Source: Ignavibacteriota bacterium
Lineage (GTDB): Bacteria; Bacteroidota; Ignavibacteria; UBA10030; CAVZMI01
DNA length: 64,000 nt
Assembly: GCA_963776275.1 (NCBI GenBank)
Contig: CAVZMI010000014.1
Location: forward strand, 32,001-96,000
Reading direction: 5' to 3'
Shown: positions 22,381 to 33,609 of the stretch, piece by piece
Position numbering within the stretch: the stretch's first letter is position 1
Layout of the letters: each line of letters begins with the position of its first letter
Translations under genes and position numbers: made by a program
Notes under the pieces: generated by a model
What the model saw: the letters and a program-made list of their open reading frames with translations, nothing else
The model's database searches: none
What the model was told of the DNA's origin: nothing

Positions 22381-22514
22381 TTCTTTACTTCTTCTAATGT
22401 CTGGCTAGATTGGATCGTTGCGAACTTGCTACAGTTTATAAATATCACATCGTACGTGTATCACAATCAGCGATTCAATCATTCTCATAGGTATTCTAAG
22501 GAAAGTAGTTATAT

Positions 22515-25343
22515 ATGAAAATAGCAAGCTGCATTATGGTAGCGTTTCTGATATTCTGTGTAGTCCCATATCTATCGGCTCAAACATTCCCTTATCAAGA
22601 CTCCACCTTGTCAGTCGATCAACGTGTGAGCGATTTAATAAGCAGAATGACGATCGATGAAAAGATCGGGCAAATGATGCAAGTTGGATTGACTGATGTC
22701 CAATATGTTCCTTCCCTTCTCACGACGTATAATTTCGGCTCAGTGCTCAGTGCAGGATTCGAAAGTCCGGCCGCGGGTAACAGGCCATTAAATTGGGCAA
22801 ATATGTATGACACGTTGCAGACCTATGCTTTGAAGACTCGGCTAAAAATTCCGATAATCTACGGATTTGATGCTGTCCATGGAGCTAACAATGTGTATGG
22901 TGCTACGATCTTTCCGCACAACATTGGAATGGGATGCACAAGGAACCCTGAGTTAGCAAGAAAAGCCGCAAGAATAACTGCAATGGAAGTTGCAGCAACA
23001 GGTATAGATTGGACATTCGGTCCGTGCATTGCTGTTCCACGAGATGAACGATGGGGCAGGACGTACGAGGGATTTGGAGAAACTCCAGAATTAGCTCAAC
23101 TTTTTGGCTCGTCTGAAATACGAGGATTTCAAGGAGATTCATTATCGGATCCAACAAGTATCCTGGCGTGCGCAAAACATTATCTCGGAGATGGGGGAAC
23201 TACTGGTGGACTAGATCAAGGAGATACTCAAGGAGATAGTGCAACCATAAGAAAACTTTTTTTGCCGGGATATATTTCAGCCGTTGATTCAGGTGTAGGG
23301 AGTATCATGGTATCTTATAGTAGTATCAACGGACAAAAAATGAGTAGTAACAAGCATTGGATTACCGATGTTTTAAAAAATGAATTGGGATTTAAGGGAT
23401 TTGTCGTTTCAGATTGGGGTGCTATCGATCAATTAACAAACAATTATACTGATTGCGTTGAACAATCGATCAATGCAGGAATTGATATGGTAATGTTGCC
23501 CAGTCGATATATTGAATTTAAGAATGACATGGACAGTCTTATCAGCGAACGCAAAATCGATACCGCCCGTGTTGATGACGCTGTGAGAAGGATTCTTACT
23601 ATCAAATTTAAACTTGGATTATTTGAGAGGCCGTTTACTGACAGAACATTCATTGACTCTGTTGGCAGCGCTGGACATCGTGCAGTTGCCCGGCAATGTG
23701 TACGAGAGTCGTTGGTGCTGCTGAAGAAGAAAGACGGTATCCTCCCGCTGCGAAAAACAAATGCAAGAATCTTGGTCGCTGGTTCCAATGCAGATAATCT
23801 CGGAAATCAATGCGGTGGCTGGACTATTTTTGGGCTAGGATTCAGCGGCAATACTCTTACTACCGGTACAACAATCTTGCAAGGGATGAAAAACACAGCC
23901 CCGAGTGTAACGATAGAATATTCTGAAACTGGTACTTTCACAGATACTTCAGCCGATTATTCTGTTGTTGTGATTGGTGAAACACCGTATGCAGAATATT
24001 TTGGAGACAGAACAGACCTGAGTATCTCCCCAACCGATGTGAATTTAGTGAAAAAAATGAAAGGCTATGGTGCGCCTGTTGTCGTTATCCTTGTTTCAGG
24101 CAGACCTCTTATTCTCGAAAAAATATTACACTTTTCCGATGTCATCATTGCTGCTTGGCTGCCCGGAACGGAGGGTGATGGTTTAGCCGAAGTTTTATTT
24201 GGCGATTATCAGCCGAAGGGGCGATTGTCACATACGTGGCCTAAGAGTATGTCACAAATCCCAATCAATTTCGGTGATAATATTTATTCTCCCTTATATG
24301 AATATGGATTTGGAATTGATACTTTAGCGGACTCTCCGCCAGGATCACCGCCAGTGTGCTTGTCAGCTATCATAACCCCGGATGCAAAACATTTCGAACT
24401 GACATTTAATAAGCAGATGAAGGATCCGTCTCTTTCAAGTGCGACATTTGCTATCACCCAGAATCAACTTCCGCTTATGGCAGCGATCACAACCTCCTTA
24501 AAATCGCGCGACAGCACAACACTCATTATAGAATTAGATTCCACCTATTTTACCAAGGTTGATGTTGGTGCAGTATCATATGATGCAGGCAATATTGAAT
24601 CTGCGGATGGGGGAAGGCTTCAGCCTTTTAATCCTATTGATGCGTATAACTGGATAAAACCTGCCGCTGTAACCATCCCGGCGAGAATTGAAGCTGAACA
24701 TTGCAGCGATATGTTCGGTGTACAACGAGAGCCGACAAATGATGTTAACGGCGAATTTGATATCACAAGTTTTGATACTGGGGATTGGCTGGAGTATACA
24801 ATAAACGCGCCGACTGCTGGTAATTACTATTTATCGTTAAGATATGCAAGCGCATCTGCAGGCGGTTCAGTATTGATCTCTTGCGGAGGTAAAAACACAA
24901 CAAAAGCATTGTCAGGAACAGGCAGCTGGCAAACATTGAAAACAACGACGAGCACAAAGATTACACTTACTGCAGGAGAACAGACGCTTAGAATAAAAGC
25001 TATAACAGGTGGTTTCCATCTCAATTGGATATATATTGGTAGCAGTCCAACAGCTGTCGAAGAAGAAAGTCTGGTTCCTCTCGTCAACAAGCTGGACCAA
25101 AACTATCCTAATCCTTTCAATCCGACAACACGGATCAGTTATGAATTAGCGGCTCGCGACCATGTGACCCTCAAAGTGTATGATGTACTTGGAAGAGAGG
25201 TGGCGACTTTAGTAGACGAAGAAAAATCTGCCGGTTTTCATACCGTAATATGGGATGCGACGAATTTCTCGAGTGGAGTTTATTTGTATAAGCTTCAGGT
25301 CGGGAATTTCTGTGATGTAAGGAAGTTGATTTTTATGAAATAG
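22515..25343 (+). CDS. Secreted GH3 beta-glucosidase/exo-beta-glucanase with CBM6-like domain and T9SS CTD
   Basis: DAVHG, RWGRTYEGF, ACAKHYLGDGGT, GFVVSDW nucleophile, GETPYAE; IPARIEAE...GDWLEY CBM6-like; QNYPNPFNP tail. Confidence 0.92.
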   Translation: MKIASCIMVAFLIFCVVPYLSAQTFPYQDSTLSVDQRVSDLISRMTIDEKIGQMMQVGLTDVQYVPSLLTTYNFGSVLSAGFESPAAGNRPLNWANMYDTLQTYALKTRLKIPIIYGFDAVHGANNVYGATIFPHNIGMGCTRNPELARKAARITAMEVAATGIDWTFGPCIAVPRDERWGRTYEGFGETPELAQLFGSSEIRGFQGDSLSDPTSILACAKHYLGDGGTTGGLDQGDTQGDSATIRKLFLPGYISAVDSGVGSIMVSYSSINGQKMSSNKHWITDVLKNELGFKGFVVSDWGAIDQLTNNYTDCVEQSINAGIDMVMLPSRYIEFKNDMDSLISERKIDTARVDDAVRRILTIKFKLGLFERPFTDRTFIDSVGSAGHRAVARQCVRESLVLLKKKDGILPLRKTNARILVAGSNADNLGNQCGGWTIFGLGFSGNTLTTGTTILQGMKNTAPSVTIEYSETGTFTDTSADYSVVVIGETPYAEYFGDRTDLSISPTDVNLVKKMKGYGAPVVVILVSGRPLILEKILHFSDVIIAAWLPGTEGDGLAEVLFGDYQPKGRLSHTWPKSMSQIPINFGDNIYSPLYEYGFGIDTLADSPPGSPPVCLSAIITPDAKHFELTFNKQMKDPSLSSATFAITQNQLPLMAAITTSLKSRDSTTLIIELDSTYFTKVDVGAVSYDAGNIESADGGRLQPFNPIDAYNWIKPAAVTIPARIEAEHCSDMFGVQREPTNDVNGEFDITSFDTGDWLEYTINAPTAGNYYLSLRYASASAGGSVLISCGGKNTTKALSGTGSWQTLKTTTSTKITLTAGEQTLRIKAITGGFHLNWIYIGSSPTAVEEESLVPLVNKLDQNYPNPFNPTTRISYELAARDHVTLKVYDVLGREVATLVDEEKSAGFHTVIWDATNFSSGVYLYKLQVGNFCDVRKLIFMK

Positions 25344-25373
25344 TGTTAAAAATAATTGCCTATTGAAGATTAT

Positions 25374-25403
25374 GCCGGAGTCAGAAATGATTCCGGCTTT
25401 TTT
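25374..25403 (+). terminator. Rho-independent terminator
   Basis: GCCGGAGTCA-GAAA-TGATTCCGGC followed by TTTTTT. Confidence 0.85.
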
Positions 25404-25544
25404 ATGGTTATTATCGTTCGATAGGAGATTTATAATACACTGAAATAAGGCAATATATACAGGCTGGTCAGTCATTTTTCAGAAATTACATGACCGCAGG
25501 TATTGCCGAATGAGTTATTAATCTTCTGCCTGTAATTTTTTCCC

Positions 25545-25590
25545 TTGCCTTTTTGAAATTACCTTTTTATTATTGAAACGGTTCAATAAT
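25545..25590 (+). promoter_or_regulatory. Sigma-70-type promoter overlapped by a LacI-family-like operator
   Basis: TTGCCT-17nt-TATTAT; palindrome ATTATTGAAACGGTTCAATAAT (25569-25590) with central CG. A second copy occurs at 45858. Confidence 0.75.
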
Positions 25591-25743
25591 TCCTAAAATC
25601 GCTAAATATTGAGTAATATCAAGCATTATGCCCGTGGCGTTATATCATCAGGGGGTTTCTCTCTCTATATATATAGAGTAATGGTTGAATAATCCGACCG
25701 AGTGAATCCCCACCGGTTTTTTTGCAGTACAGAGATTACAATT

Positions 25744-27090
25744 ATGAGACATGGAAATATCATTATTCCAATTATCCTTATGAGTATATTCCTGTCTATT
25801 TTCCTGCTTGCCTTGCTTCCGCTTCAGCGAAGCGAGCCGGCAAGGCAGGTCTCTGAAGTATCTTCATCAGGCTTTATAGATTCTGCACAGTCAAAGCTGT
25901 CCGGCTCTTATTTTTCAGGAAAATACAGTAATCTCTTTACTGAGGTATTGAGTGAAGAAGAATCGGCAGTAAAAGCCAAAGTCGATAGTGCGTTTGACCA
26001 ATTATTTTATGGGGACAGTAGTACACAACGTATATATTGCCCTGTTGAGCCTGACATGGCATATATTTACAACATTCTCAATAATGATGTACGTACCGAG
26101 GGTATGTCGTACGGGATGATGATCTCTGTCCAGCTAAATAAGAAAAAAGAATTCGACCGATTGTGGAAGTGGTCAAAAACATACATGCAACAACAGAACG
26201 GACCACATAGAGGTTTTTTTGCATGGCATTGTAAGACAAACGGATCGGTTATCGACTCTAATGCTGCCTCCGATGGTGAGGAATGGTTTGTTATGGCTCT
26301 CTTTTTCGCGTCTGCGCGGTGGGGAAACGGGACAGGAATATACAATTATAGAGCAGAAGCTCAGGCAATTTTAGATGCAATGCTTCATAAAGAAGAAGAG
26401 CCGGATAACAATGGAAGAATAACAAATATGTTTAATAAAAAGGAGAAGCAGGTTGTTTTTGTTCCGATGGTTGGAGTTGCAGGTTTTACGGACCCCTCGT
26501 ATCATCTACCTCATTTTTATGAACTCTGGGCGCGATGGGCAGATAAAGATAACCGGTTTTGGTGCGATGCCGCATTTACAAGTCGTCAATTTCTAAAAAA
26601 AGCCGCCAATCCTTCCACGGGATTAATGCCGGATTATGCTCATTTTGACGGATCGCCTATAAATCCCTGGGGTGGGGGGAATAACGATTTCCGTTTCGAT
26701 GCCTGGCGTGTAGCTATGAATGTTGCCGTCGATTATGCATGGTTTGCTAGAGATGATTGGTCGGTAACTCAAAGTAATCGCCTTCTGAATTTCTTTTATT
26801 CCGAAGGAATGTACAAATACGGTGAGCTGTATACGTTAGACGGGAAAAGGTTAACGGACAATCACAGCAGCGGTTTGATAGCCATGAATGGTGTGGCCTG
26901 TCTTGTCTCTACGAATGAAAATAGGAAAGAATTTCTTAAGGAGTTTTGGAATACTCCCGTTCCAAGTGGGATATATCGATATTATAACGGTATGCTGTAC
27001 ATGCTGGGTCTGCTGCATGTCAGCGGCAATTTTAGAATTTATGATCCGACAGGTGGGCCGGTTCCGGCCTGTTCGGACGGACTACATTAA
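25744..27090 (+). CDS. GH8 reducing-end xylose-releasing exo-oligoxylanase (Rex)-like
   Basis: DVRTEGMSYGMM, AASDGEEW, FTDPSYHLPHFYELWA, FRFDAWR, RYYNGMLYMLGLL; N-terminal hydrophobic anchor. Start uncertain (25702 or 25744). Confidence 0.88.
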   Translation: MRHGNIIIPIILMSIFLSIFLLALLPLQRSEPARQVSEVSSSGFIDSAQSKLSGSYFSGKYSNLFTEVLSEEESAVKAKVDSAFDQLFYGDSSTQRIYCPVEPDMAYIYNILNNDVRTEGMSYGMMISVQLNKKKEFDRLWKWSKTYMQQQNGPHRGFFAWHCKTNGSVIDSNAASDGEEWFVMALFFASARWGNGTGIYNYRAEAQAILDAMLHKEEEPDNNGRITNMFNKKEKQVVFVPMVGVAGFTDPSYHLPHFYELWARWADKDNRFWCDAAFTSRQFLKKAANPSTGLMPDYAHFDGSPINPWGGGNNDFRFDAWRVAMNVAVDYAWFARDDWSVTQSNRLLNFFYSEGMYKYGELYTLDGKRLTDNHSSGLIAMNGVACLVSTNENRKEFLKEFWNTPVPSGIYRYYNGMLYMLGLLHVSGNFRIYDPTGGPVPACSDGLH

Positions 27091-27115
27091 AATTGAAATG
27101 AAATGGAGATCGCAT

Positions 27116-30112
27116 ATGCTTTTTATCAGGAATAAAAAACAGAAACAAAATCTGTATGTGCACAAATCATGCCCTCGGATTATGTCTGCCATTCTCATGG
27201 TATTTTTTGCGGTTTTCTTGTTTGCCTCGCCACGGAGTGGATATGCAAATGAAAATGCATTGTATATATCTAAACAAAAAGTGAAAGGGAGTTTTTCACT
27301 TTCCGTAGCTGGCAAAGCCGCTCCCTTATATATCAGTTCCCGGGATTTTCCCGGCGTGATTCGTGTTCTGAAGCACCTTCAGTCCGATATCGGCCGTGTA
27401 ACAAATGTCCTGCCCCGAATTTCGATCGATACCATCCCTGCATCAAAAGAGATTGTCATTGTCGGAACACTGGGTAAGAATTCTTTAATAGATAAATTGG
27501 TACAGCAAAAGAAACTCGACGTTGAGGGTATTACAGGTCGATGGGAGACATTTCTCATTCAGATCGTTGAAAAGCCGTTCCCCGATGTGGACCGCGCTCT
27601 GATAATTACGGGAAGCGATAAGCGGGGTACCATTTATGGTATGTACGACCTCTCGGAAAAGATTGGTGTGTCGCCCTGGTACTGGTGGGCGGATGTACCG
27701 GCAAAGAAAAAATCGAGTCTCTATGTATTGCCGGGACGTTACACACAGGGGGAGCCTAAAGTAAAATACAGAGGCATATTCCTTAACGATGAGGCGCCGG
27801 CATTATCAGGCATGGTCTATGAAAAGTTCGGTGGTTTCAACAGTAAATTCTATGAGCATGTATTCGAACTTATCTTACGATTAAAAGGGAATTATCTCTG
27901 GCCGGCTATGTGGAATAATTCATTCAGCACCGACGACACATTGAATCCCAAACTCGCGGATGCATACGGAGTTGTGATGGGTACTTCACATCACGAACCT
28001 ATGATGAGGGCGTGGAAAGAGTGGGAGTGGGCAGGGAATCGTAAAGGGAGCTGGGATTATTCAAAAAATGCCGATTCATTACGTAGATTCTGGAAAACAG
28101 GCATCCAGCGAACGAAAGATTATGAAAAGATCGTCACACTCGCGATGCGCGGTGATGGCGACGAACCGATGGCCGAAGGTGCCAATATATCCTTGCTCCA
28201 AAGCATTGTTTCAGATCAGCGTAAGATTCTCGGCGAGGTGACCGGAAAAGATGTTACTTCAATACCGCAGGTATGGGCGCTCTACAAAGAGGTACAGGAT
28301 TATTACGATAAAGGAATGCGGGTCCCGGATGATGTTACGTTAATATTGTGCGATGATAACTGGGGAAATATCCGGAGACTCCCGAAGTTGAACGAGAAAC
28401 CCCGCTCCGGCGGATATGGTATTTACTATCATTTCGATTTTGTGGGCGGACCGAGAAACTATAAATGGCTGAACACGACCCAGATCGAACGAGTATGGGA
28501 GCAGATGCATCTTGCCTATGAGTACGGGGCCAGACAGATCTGGATCGTCAATGTCGGTGATCTTAAACCAATGGAGTTTCCGATATCATTCTTCTTAGAG
28601 TATGCATGGGATCCCGGACAATGGCCTGTAGAACGTTTGCCCGAATATACCCGACTGTGGGCAGAACGGCAATTTGGAGCAAAGCATGCAAAGGATATCG
28701 CAGACATCTTGACGAAATACACAAAATATAATTCACGCCGAAAACCCGAAATGCTGGCCCCCGACACCTACAGTCTGGTCAATTACCGGGAAGCCGAAAT
28801 AATCGTTTCCGATTATAACACACTGGCGAAAAAAGCTCAACGTATCTATGAATTAATTCCTCATGAATACAGAGACGCATATTACCAGCTTGTTCTGCAT
28901 CCCGTGCTCGCTTGCTCAAACTTGAACGATCTCTATGTCACTGTCGGGAAAAATCTTCTTTATGCAAAGCAGGGTCGGACAGCGATAAACGCTCTCGCTG
29001 CAAAAGCAAAAAAACTCTTCGATAACGATAGTGCAATTACATACTATTATAATAGAGTAATGGCAAATGGTAAGTGGAACCATATGATGGATCAGACTCA
29101 TATCGGGTACACCTCCTGGCAGCAACCTGATGAGAATTCAATGCCCGAGGTGAAAAAGATTAATACTGACTCTATCAGCGCTGCATCGGAAATGGGTGTT
29201 GCCATAGAAGGCTCAACTGCATGGTGGCCGATGGAAAAGACCGAAGCCGTGCTCCCGGAATTCGATTCGTATAACCGGCAATCGTATTATTTCGAAATAT
29301 TCAATCGCGGGAAAGCTCCGTTTAAGTATTCGATTCAAACCGGAAAACCGTGGATTCAAATCAAACCTGGAAAGTCGGGAATAATTGAGGAAGAGAAACG
29401 GTTGTGGGTAAGTGTCGATTGGAAGAACGTACCGAAGCAAAGTAAGGGGAATGAAAGGATTCCAATCACCATTACAGGACCAAATAAAAGCCCCGTTGTT
29501 ATTCAAGCAGTGATTAATCTTCCTCAATTACCGCATGTAAAAGGTTTTATTGAGAGTAACGGATATGTTTCGATCGAGGCTGAACATTATAGCAAGGTCG
29601 TTGAAACTCCTAATATATCGTGGTTGCGAATTGCAAATTTAGGACGTACGCTATCGGCGATGACCCCTGTTCCTGTCACGGCGTCAACTCAATCTCCCGG
29701 CGGTAACAGTTCTCATATGGAATATCAAATGGTTTTATTCGATACAGGAGAAGTCAGGGTGAAGGCATATCTTTCTCCGACTATGAACCTTCTCGATGGG
29801 CAGGGTCTCCACTATGCCGTTTCTTTCGATGACGAACTGCCGTACATCGTGAATATATATGAAAACGATACAATGCCGGATTGGATATATCCGCCGCAAT
29901 GGTGTCAGGCAGTAGGCGATAATATAAAAATTAAAACCTCTACTCACTCCATCCATAAACCTGGAGAACATGTCCTGAAATTCTGGATGGTGGATCCGGG
30001 TGTGGTGCTGCAAAAATTGGTAATCGAAACCGGCAAAGTCAGGTCAAGTTATTTAGGACCGCCTGAAAGTATTCGTAGCGGATCAAAACCGATTAAGGGG
30101 AGTACAAAATGA
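27116..30112 (+). CDS. GH115 xylan alpha-(4-O-methyl)-glucuronidase
   Basis: GSDKRGTIYG, VKYRGIFLNDE, NYLWPAMW, GTSHHEPM, MRGDGD, DDNWGN, GIYYHFDFVGGPRNYKW, WIVNVGDLKPME. ATG 27116 follows GGAG. Confidence 0.93.
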   Translation: MLFIRNKKQKQNLYVHKSCPRIMSAILMVFFAVFLFASPRSGYANENALYISKQKVKGSFSLSVAGKAAPLYISSRDFPGVIRVLKHLQSDIGRVTNVLPRISIDTIPASKEIVIVGTLGKNSLIDKLVQQKKLDVEGITGRWETFLIQIVEKPFPDVDRALIITGSDKRGTIYGMYDLSEKIGVSPWYWWADVPAKKKSSLYVLPGRYTQGEPKVKYRGIFLNDEAPALSGMVYEKFGGFNSKFYEHVFELILRLKGNYLWPAMWNNSFSTDDTLNPKLADAYGVVMGTSHHEPMMRAWKEWEWAGNRKGSWDYSKNADSLRRFWKTGIQRTKDYEKIVTLAMRGDGDEPMAEGANISLLQSIVSDQRKILGEVTGKDVTSIPQVWALYKEVQDYYDKGMRVPDDVTLILCDDNWGNIRRLPKLNEKPRSGGYGIYYHFDFVGGPRNYKWLNTTQIERVWEQMHLAYEYGARQIWIVNVGDLKPMEFPISFFLEYAWDPGQWPVERLPEYTRLWAERQFGAKHAKDIADILTKYTKYNSRRKPEMLAPDTYSLVNYREAEIIVSDYNTLAKKAQRIYELIPHEYRDAYYQLVLHPVLACSNLNDLYVTVGKNLLYAKQGRTAINALAAKAKKLFDNDSAITYYYNRVMANGKWNHMMDQTHIGYTSWQQPDENSMPEVKKINTDSISAASEMGVAIEGSTAWWPMEKTEAVLPEFDSYNRQSYYFEIFNRGKAPFKYSIQTGKPWIQIKPGKSGIIEEEKRLWVSVDWKNVPKQSKGNERIPITITGPNKSPVVIQAVINLPQLPHVKGFIESNGYVSIEAEHYSKVVETPNISWLRIANLGRTLSAMTPVPVTASTQSPGGNSSHMEYQMVLFDTGEVRVKAYLSPTMNLLDGQGLHYAVSFDDELPYIVNIYENDTMPDWIYPPQWCQAVGDNIKIKTSTHSIHKPGEHVLKFWMVDPGVVLQKLVIETGKVRSSYLGPPESIRSGSKPIKGSTK

Positions 30113-30289
30113 ATGTAGTAATACGGCGTATTACGATTGGTTCGAGTATCAGGGGAATGACGAAGTGTACAAATAGTACGAATAAAATGGTGTACTGTGA
30201 ACACAAATAAATATACTTTTAAGGATATTGCTTCGTCAAATAATAATATATGAGAAATACATAAAAGCTAAAGGATAGGGAAATTAAAC

Positions 30290-31948
30290 ATGGCACAATT
30301 TATCAAGAAAAATGGACTGATAATCGCTCTTCTGATTTGTCTCCCGATCTTCAATCGAATGGATATTCTTGCAGCAGATGGAAGAGTGAAGGTAAGCGAG
30401 ACCCATCAGACAATGGAAGGCTTTGGAGCTTCGGTAGCATTCTATGTAAACTGGCTCACAAATCATCCGAATAGAGTAGATATTTATGATTTGGTCTGTA
30501 ATGATCTCGGATTGGATATTATCAGGCTTCAGAATGTCTATCGGGGTTCAGGGGGTGATTTTGATCCGGACGCAAAACAGATCGTCGAGCAGATGAATGC
30601 AATTGCGTTGGTCCCTCCTCTAGTCATGCTCTCTTCCTGGTCGCCGCCGGGAAATTTAAAGAGTAATGGGGTTCCTGAAAATGGCGGAACCTTGATTAAG
30701 GAAAACGGCAAATATGTCTATGGTGCCTTTGCACAGTATTGGGTCGATGCCCTGAACGCGTATGCGGCTGAGGGGGTCATACCGAATTATATCGGCATAC
30801 AAAATGAACCCGATTGGTCCTCGTCGTGGGCAACATGCCTCTTTGATGGTGCAGAGAATTCTACTCATGCCGGATATAATCGTGCGCTCGATTCCGTCTA
30901 TTTTGCTCTTCAACAAATGTCGTCGCCTCCGAAAATCATGGGTCCCGAAGTCCTTGGAATCGGATATAACCATTTCCAGAGTTATGCCAACCAATTCAAT
31001 CATGCCCATTTGGATGCATATGCATATCATTTGTATCACGGAGAATCTGACAATGTTAATGATAATCATAATCCGGACCTATTCATCCCGAATCTCTCGG
31101 GGATAGCAGCGAGTTATCCGGGAAAACCGATCTTTCAGACAGAATACGACCGGGGCGATTGGTTTAATACTGTCTGGTTGATAAACAATTGTCTGGTGAA
31201 TGGTAATGTTTCAGCATATTTATATTGGGAATTGACCTGGGATAAGGGCCCCGGGACAGCGTTGATCGGTCTGGAAAACCCTTGGAGCCCGGGAGGTTGG
31301 ACCACAACAGGGGGGTATATTTTAACCAACTATTACTGGGGATTCAGACAGTATTCAAAATATATCGATGCCGGATGGAAAAGAGTAACGACGGAGGTAG
31401 ATGTGGATAGTCTTCGAATGTCCGCTTTCATCAGTCCGGATGGAGATTATCTGACTGTCGTGATTCTGAATATTGCTAGTTCACCCAGGACGATGGCCGT
31501 TGATATTCAGGATTTCAACGTTATCGACGGAATAATTGTACGTACTTCCGACACAGAACAGGGTGTAATGATAAATGGTAGTTATGATGGTAAAGCAGCG
31601 ACAGAATTTCCCGCCCGCACGATTAGTACAATGGCATTTGCAGGTGCATCGACAAATAAGGCGAAAGAGGCGCCGTACAAACCTGCAGAATTCTCATTGT
31701 ATCAGAACTATCCGAATCCATTTAATCCTGTGACGGATATCGATTATTTGATAACGTCGCAAAGTTATGTCCAGATAAAAGTATATGATGTATTAGGACG
31801 TGAGGTAGCGATGTTGGTGAATGAAAAAATGCCGGCTGGAAGGCATACGGTTCATTTTGAAGCGAATGATTTGAATTCAGGAGTCTATTTATACCGGCTC
31901 AAGGCTGGAAACTTCATTCAAACGAAAAAGATGATTCTGATAAAATAG
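30290..31948 (+). CDS. Secreted GH30 (glucurono)xylanase-like hydrolase with T9SS CTD
   Basis: HQTMEGFGAS, SSWSPP, IQNEPD acid/base, YHLY, FQTEY nucleophile, AYLYW; QNYPNPFNP tail. Confidence 0.85.
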   Translation: MAQFIKKNGLIIALLICLPIFNRMDILAADGRVKVSETHQTMEGFGASVAFYVNWLTNHPNRVDIYDLVCNDLGLDIIRLQNVYRGSGGDFDPDAKQIVEQMNAIALVPPLVMLSSWSPPGNLKSNGVPENGGTLIKENGKYVYGAFAQYWVDALNAYAAEGVIPNYIGIQNEPDWSSSWATCLFDGAENSTHAGYNRALDSVYFALQQMSSPPKIMGPEVLGIGYNHFQSYANQFNHAHLDAYAYHLYHGESDNVNDNHNPDLFIPNLSGIAASYPGKPIFQTEYDRGDWFNTVWLINNCLVNGNVSAYLYWELTWDKGPGTALIGLENPWSPGGWTTTGGYILTNYYWGFRQYSKYIDAGWKRVTTEVDVDSLRMSAFISPDGDYLTVVILNIASSPRTMAVDIQDFNVIDGIIVRTSDTEQGVMINGSYDGKAATEFPARTISTMAFAGASTNKAKEAPYKPAEFSLYQNYPNPFNPVTDIDYLITSQSYVQIKVYDVLGREVAMLVNEKMPAGRHTVHFEANDLNSGVYLYRLKAGNFIQTKKMILIK

Positions 31949-32035
31949 GAATGCGACCAATAATTTGAAAAAGTAAGTAACGATAGCAATCGGGGAAAAT
32001 GTTCTTAAATAAAAAAAATATTTGAGGGTCTATCA

Positions 32036-32707
32036 ATGAATGATTTGGTTGAAAGAATTGGCCAAAGTGTTGAACGTGGAAAAATCAATAAGACATCGCC
32101 TTATCCGAGTGACATGAAGGGTCTGGACGGTGCCGATGAGTTGACGCGTCAGGCTTTGGATGCAGCTGTCGGCCCTGATTTAATCCTGCAGGCATGCAAC
32201 GATGGGATGAAGCGAATTGGAGCAAAATTCAGTAGAAATGAAGTATTTGTTCCGGAACTGTTGATGGCTGCCAAAGCCATGAAGGCAGTGATGGCCCACC
32301 TTAAACCATTTTTCCAATCGGGCAGTGTTAAAGCGAAAGGGAAATTTATCATCGGTACCGTTGCAGGCGACCTGCATGACATTGGTAAGAATCTTGTGGC
32401 AATGGTCGTAGAAGGCAATGGCTGGGAAGTCATAGATCTTGGCGTCGATGTTAAACCGACAAAATTCATTGAGACCATAAAAGAAAATCCCGGTTGTGCA
32501 GTCGGCCTGAGCGCCCTGCTGACGACGACCATGGCTAACATGTCGAAAACGGTCGAAGAAATCAGGGCTCAATTTCCTGCAATAAAAGTTATCGTTGGGG
32601 GCGCACCCGTTACTATGGAAGCCGCCTTGAAAATGGGTGCAAATGGATATTCGCCCAATCCGCAGGGTGCAGTTGCATTTCTTGATAAAGTTAATATTCC
32701 CGGATAA
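32036..32707 (+). CDS. Cobalamin-binding corrinoid protein (MtaC/MttC/MetH B12-domain-like)
   Basis: Cap domain FVPELLMAAKAM; DLHDIGKNLV (DxHxxG); DLGVDV; GLSALLTTTM; VIVGGAP. Confidence 0.95.
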   Translation: MNDLVERIGQSVERGKINKTSPYPSDMKGLDGADELTRQALDAAVGPDLILQACNDGMKRIGAKFSRNEVFVPELLMAAKAMKAVMAHLKPFFQSGSVKAKGKFIIGTVAGDLHDIGKNLVAMVVEGNGWEVIDLGVDVKPTKFIETIKENPGCAVGLSALLTTTMANMSKTVEEIRAQFPAIKVIVGGAPVTMEAALKMGANGYSPNPQGAVAFLDKVNIPG

Positions 32708-32724
32708 ATCATTATAGTGTAAAA

Positions 32725-33609
32725 ATGAGATCTCTGCTCGCAGCACTCAAAAATAGAAAAATTCTGGTCTCTGACGGGGCATGGGGTACTTTCCTGCATC
32801 AACGCGGGTTGCCGCCTGGAGAATGTCCGGAGTTATGGAATATCACGCATCGTGACGATGTCTTCGCAATTGCAAAAAGTTATATCGATGCGGGCGCTGA
32901 CATGATCCTGACAAACAGTTTTGGCGGCAGTCCATTGAAACTTGAACATTATGGCCTAAAAAATCGGGCTGCAGAGCTTAACGAAGTCGCCGCAGCAATC
33001 TCGAGAGGTGCGGCAGGAGAAAGCCATCTCGTGCTCGGCTCCATCGGGCCGACCGGCGCAGTGTTGATGATGGGGCAGGTTTCTGAACAAGAATTATATG
33101 ATGGTTTTTTTATTCAGGCTGAATCGCTGAAAAAAGGCGGGGTGGATGCAATATGCGTTGAGACTATGTCTGCAATTGATGAAGCGTGCCTGGCTATACG
33201 CGCAGCCAGAGAAGCCACCGGACTTGAAGTTGTCTGCACATTTACATTCGAAAGAACCGTCGCCGGTGAATACCGCACGATGATGGGCGTTTCTCCCGTT
33301 GAAATGGTGCATGCGGTTAAGGATGCGGGAGCTGCGATTATCGGGACCAACTGTGGTAATGGATTTGACCAGATGATTGATATTGTTAATGAAATCAGAG
33401 AAGTGGACCGGTCAACACCGGTGCTTGTTCATGCCAATGCCGGAAAACCCACGCTTAGTGATGGTAAAACAGTCTTTCCGGAAACACCGGAAATGATGGC
33501 GGCAAAAGTTCGAGACCTGATAAAAAGCGGAGCCAATATAATCGGCGGCTGTTGCGGTACAACGCCGGCTCATATCCGGGCGCTGGCGAACGAAATAAAA
33601 AAGTACTGA
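32725..33609 (+). CDS. Homocysteine S-methyltransferase family protein (stand-alone MetH Hcy-binding domain)
   Basis: DGAWGT, AGADMILTNSFG, GSIGPTG, VETM, GTNC and IIGGCCGTTP (three Zn-ligand Cys), NAGKP. Confidence 0.93.
   Translation: MRSLLAALKNRKILVSDGAWGTFLHQRGLPPGECPELWNITHRDDVFAIAKSYIDAGADMILTNSFGGSPLKLEHYGLKNRAAELNEVAAAISRGAAGESHLVLGSIGPTGAVLMMGQVSEQELYDGFFIQAESLKKGGVDAICVETMSAIDEACLAIRAAREATGLEVVCTFTFERTVAGEYRTMMGVSPVEMVHAVKDAGAAIIGTNCGNGFDQMIDIVNEIREVDRSTPVLVHANAGKPTLSDGKTVFPETPEMMAAKVRDLIKSGANIIGGCCGTTPAHIRALANEIKKY

Noticed and set aside
25659-25678. CTCTCTCTATATATATAGAG dinucleotide palindrome as a phase-variation tract
   Set aside because: It is short, non-coding and lies outside the promoter spacer.
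26888-27115. 76-codon N-terminal extension of GH115 overlapping GH8
   Set aside because: ATG 27116 has an RBS and precedes the signal-like segment; the extension is likely an ORF-caller artefact.
31949-32035. Cobalamin or SAM riboswitch ahead of the corrinoid genes
   Set aside because: The gap is only 87 nt, AT-rich, and shows no recognisable B12-box or SAM-I core.
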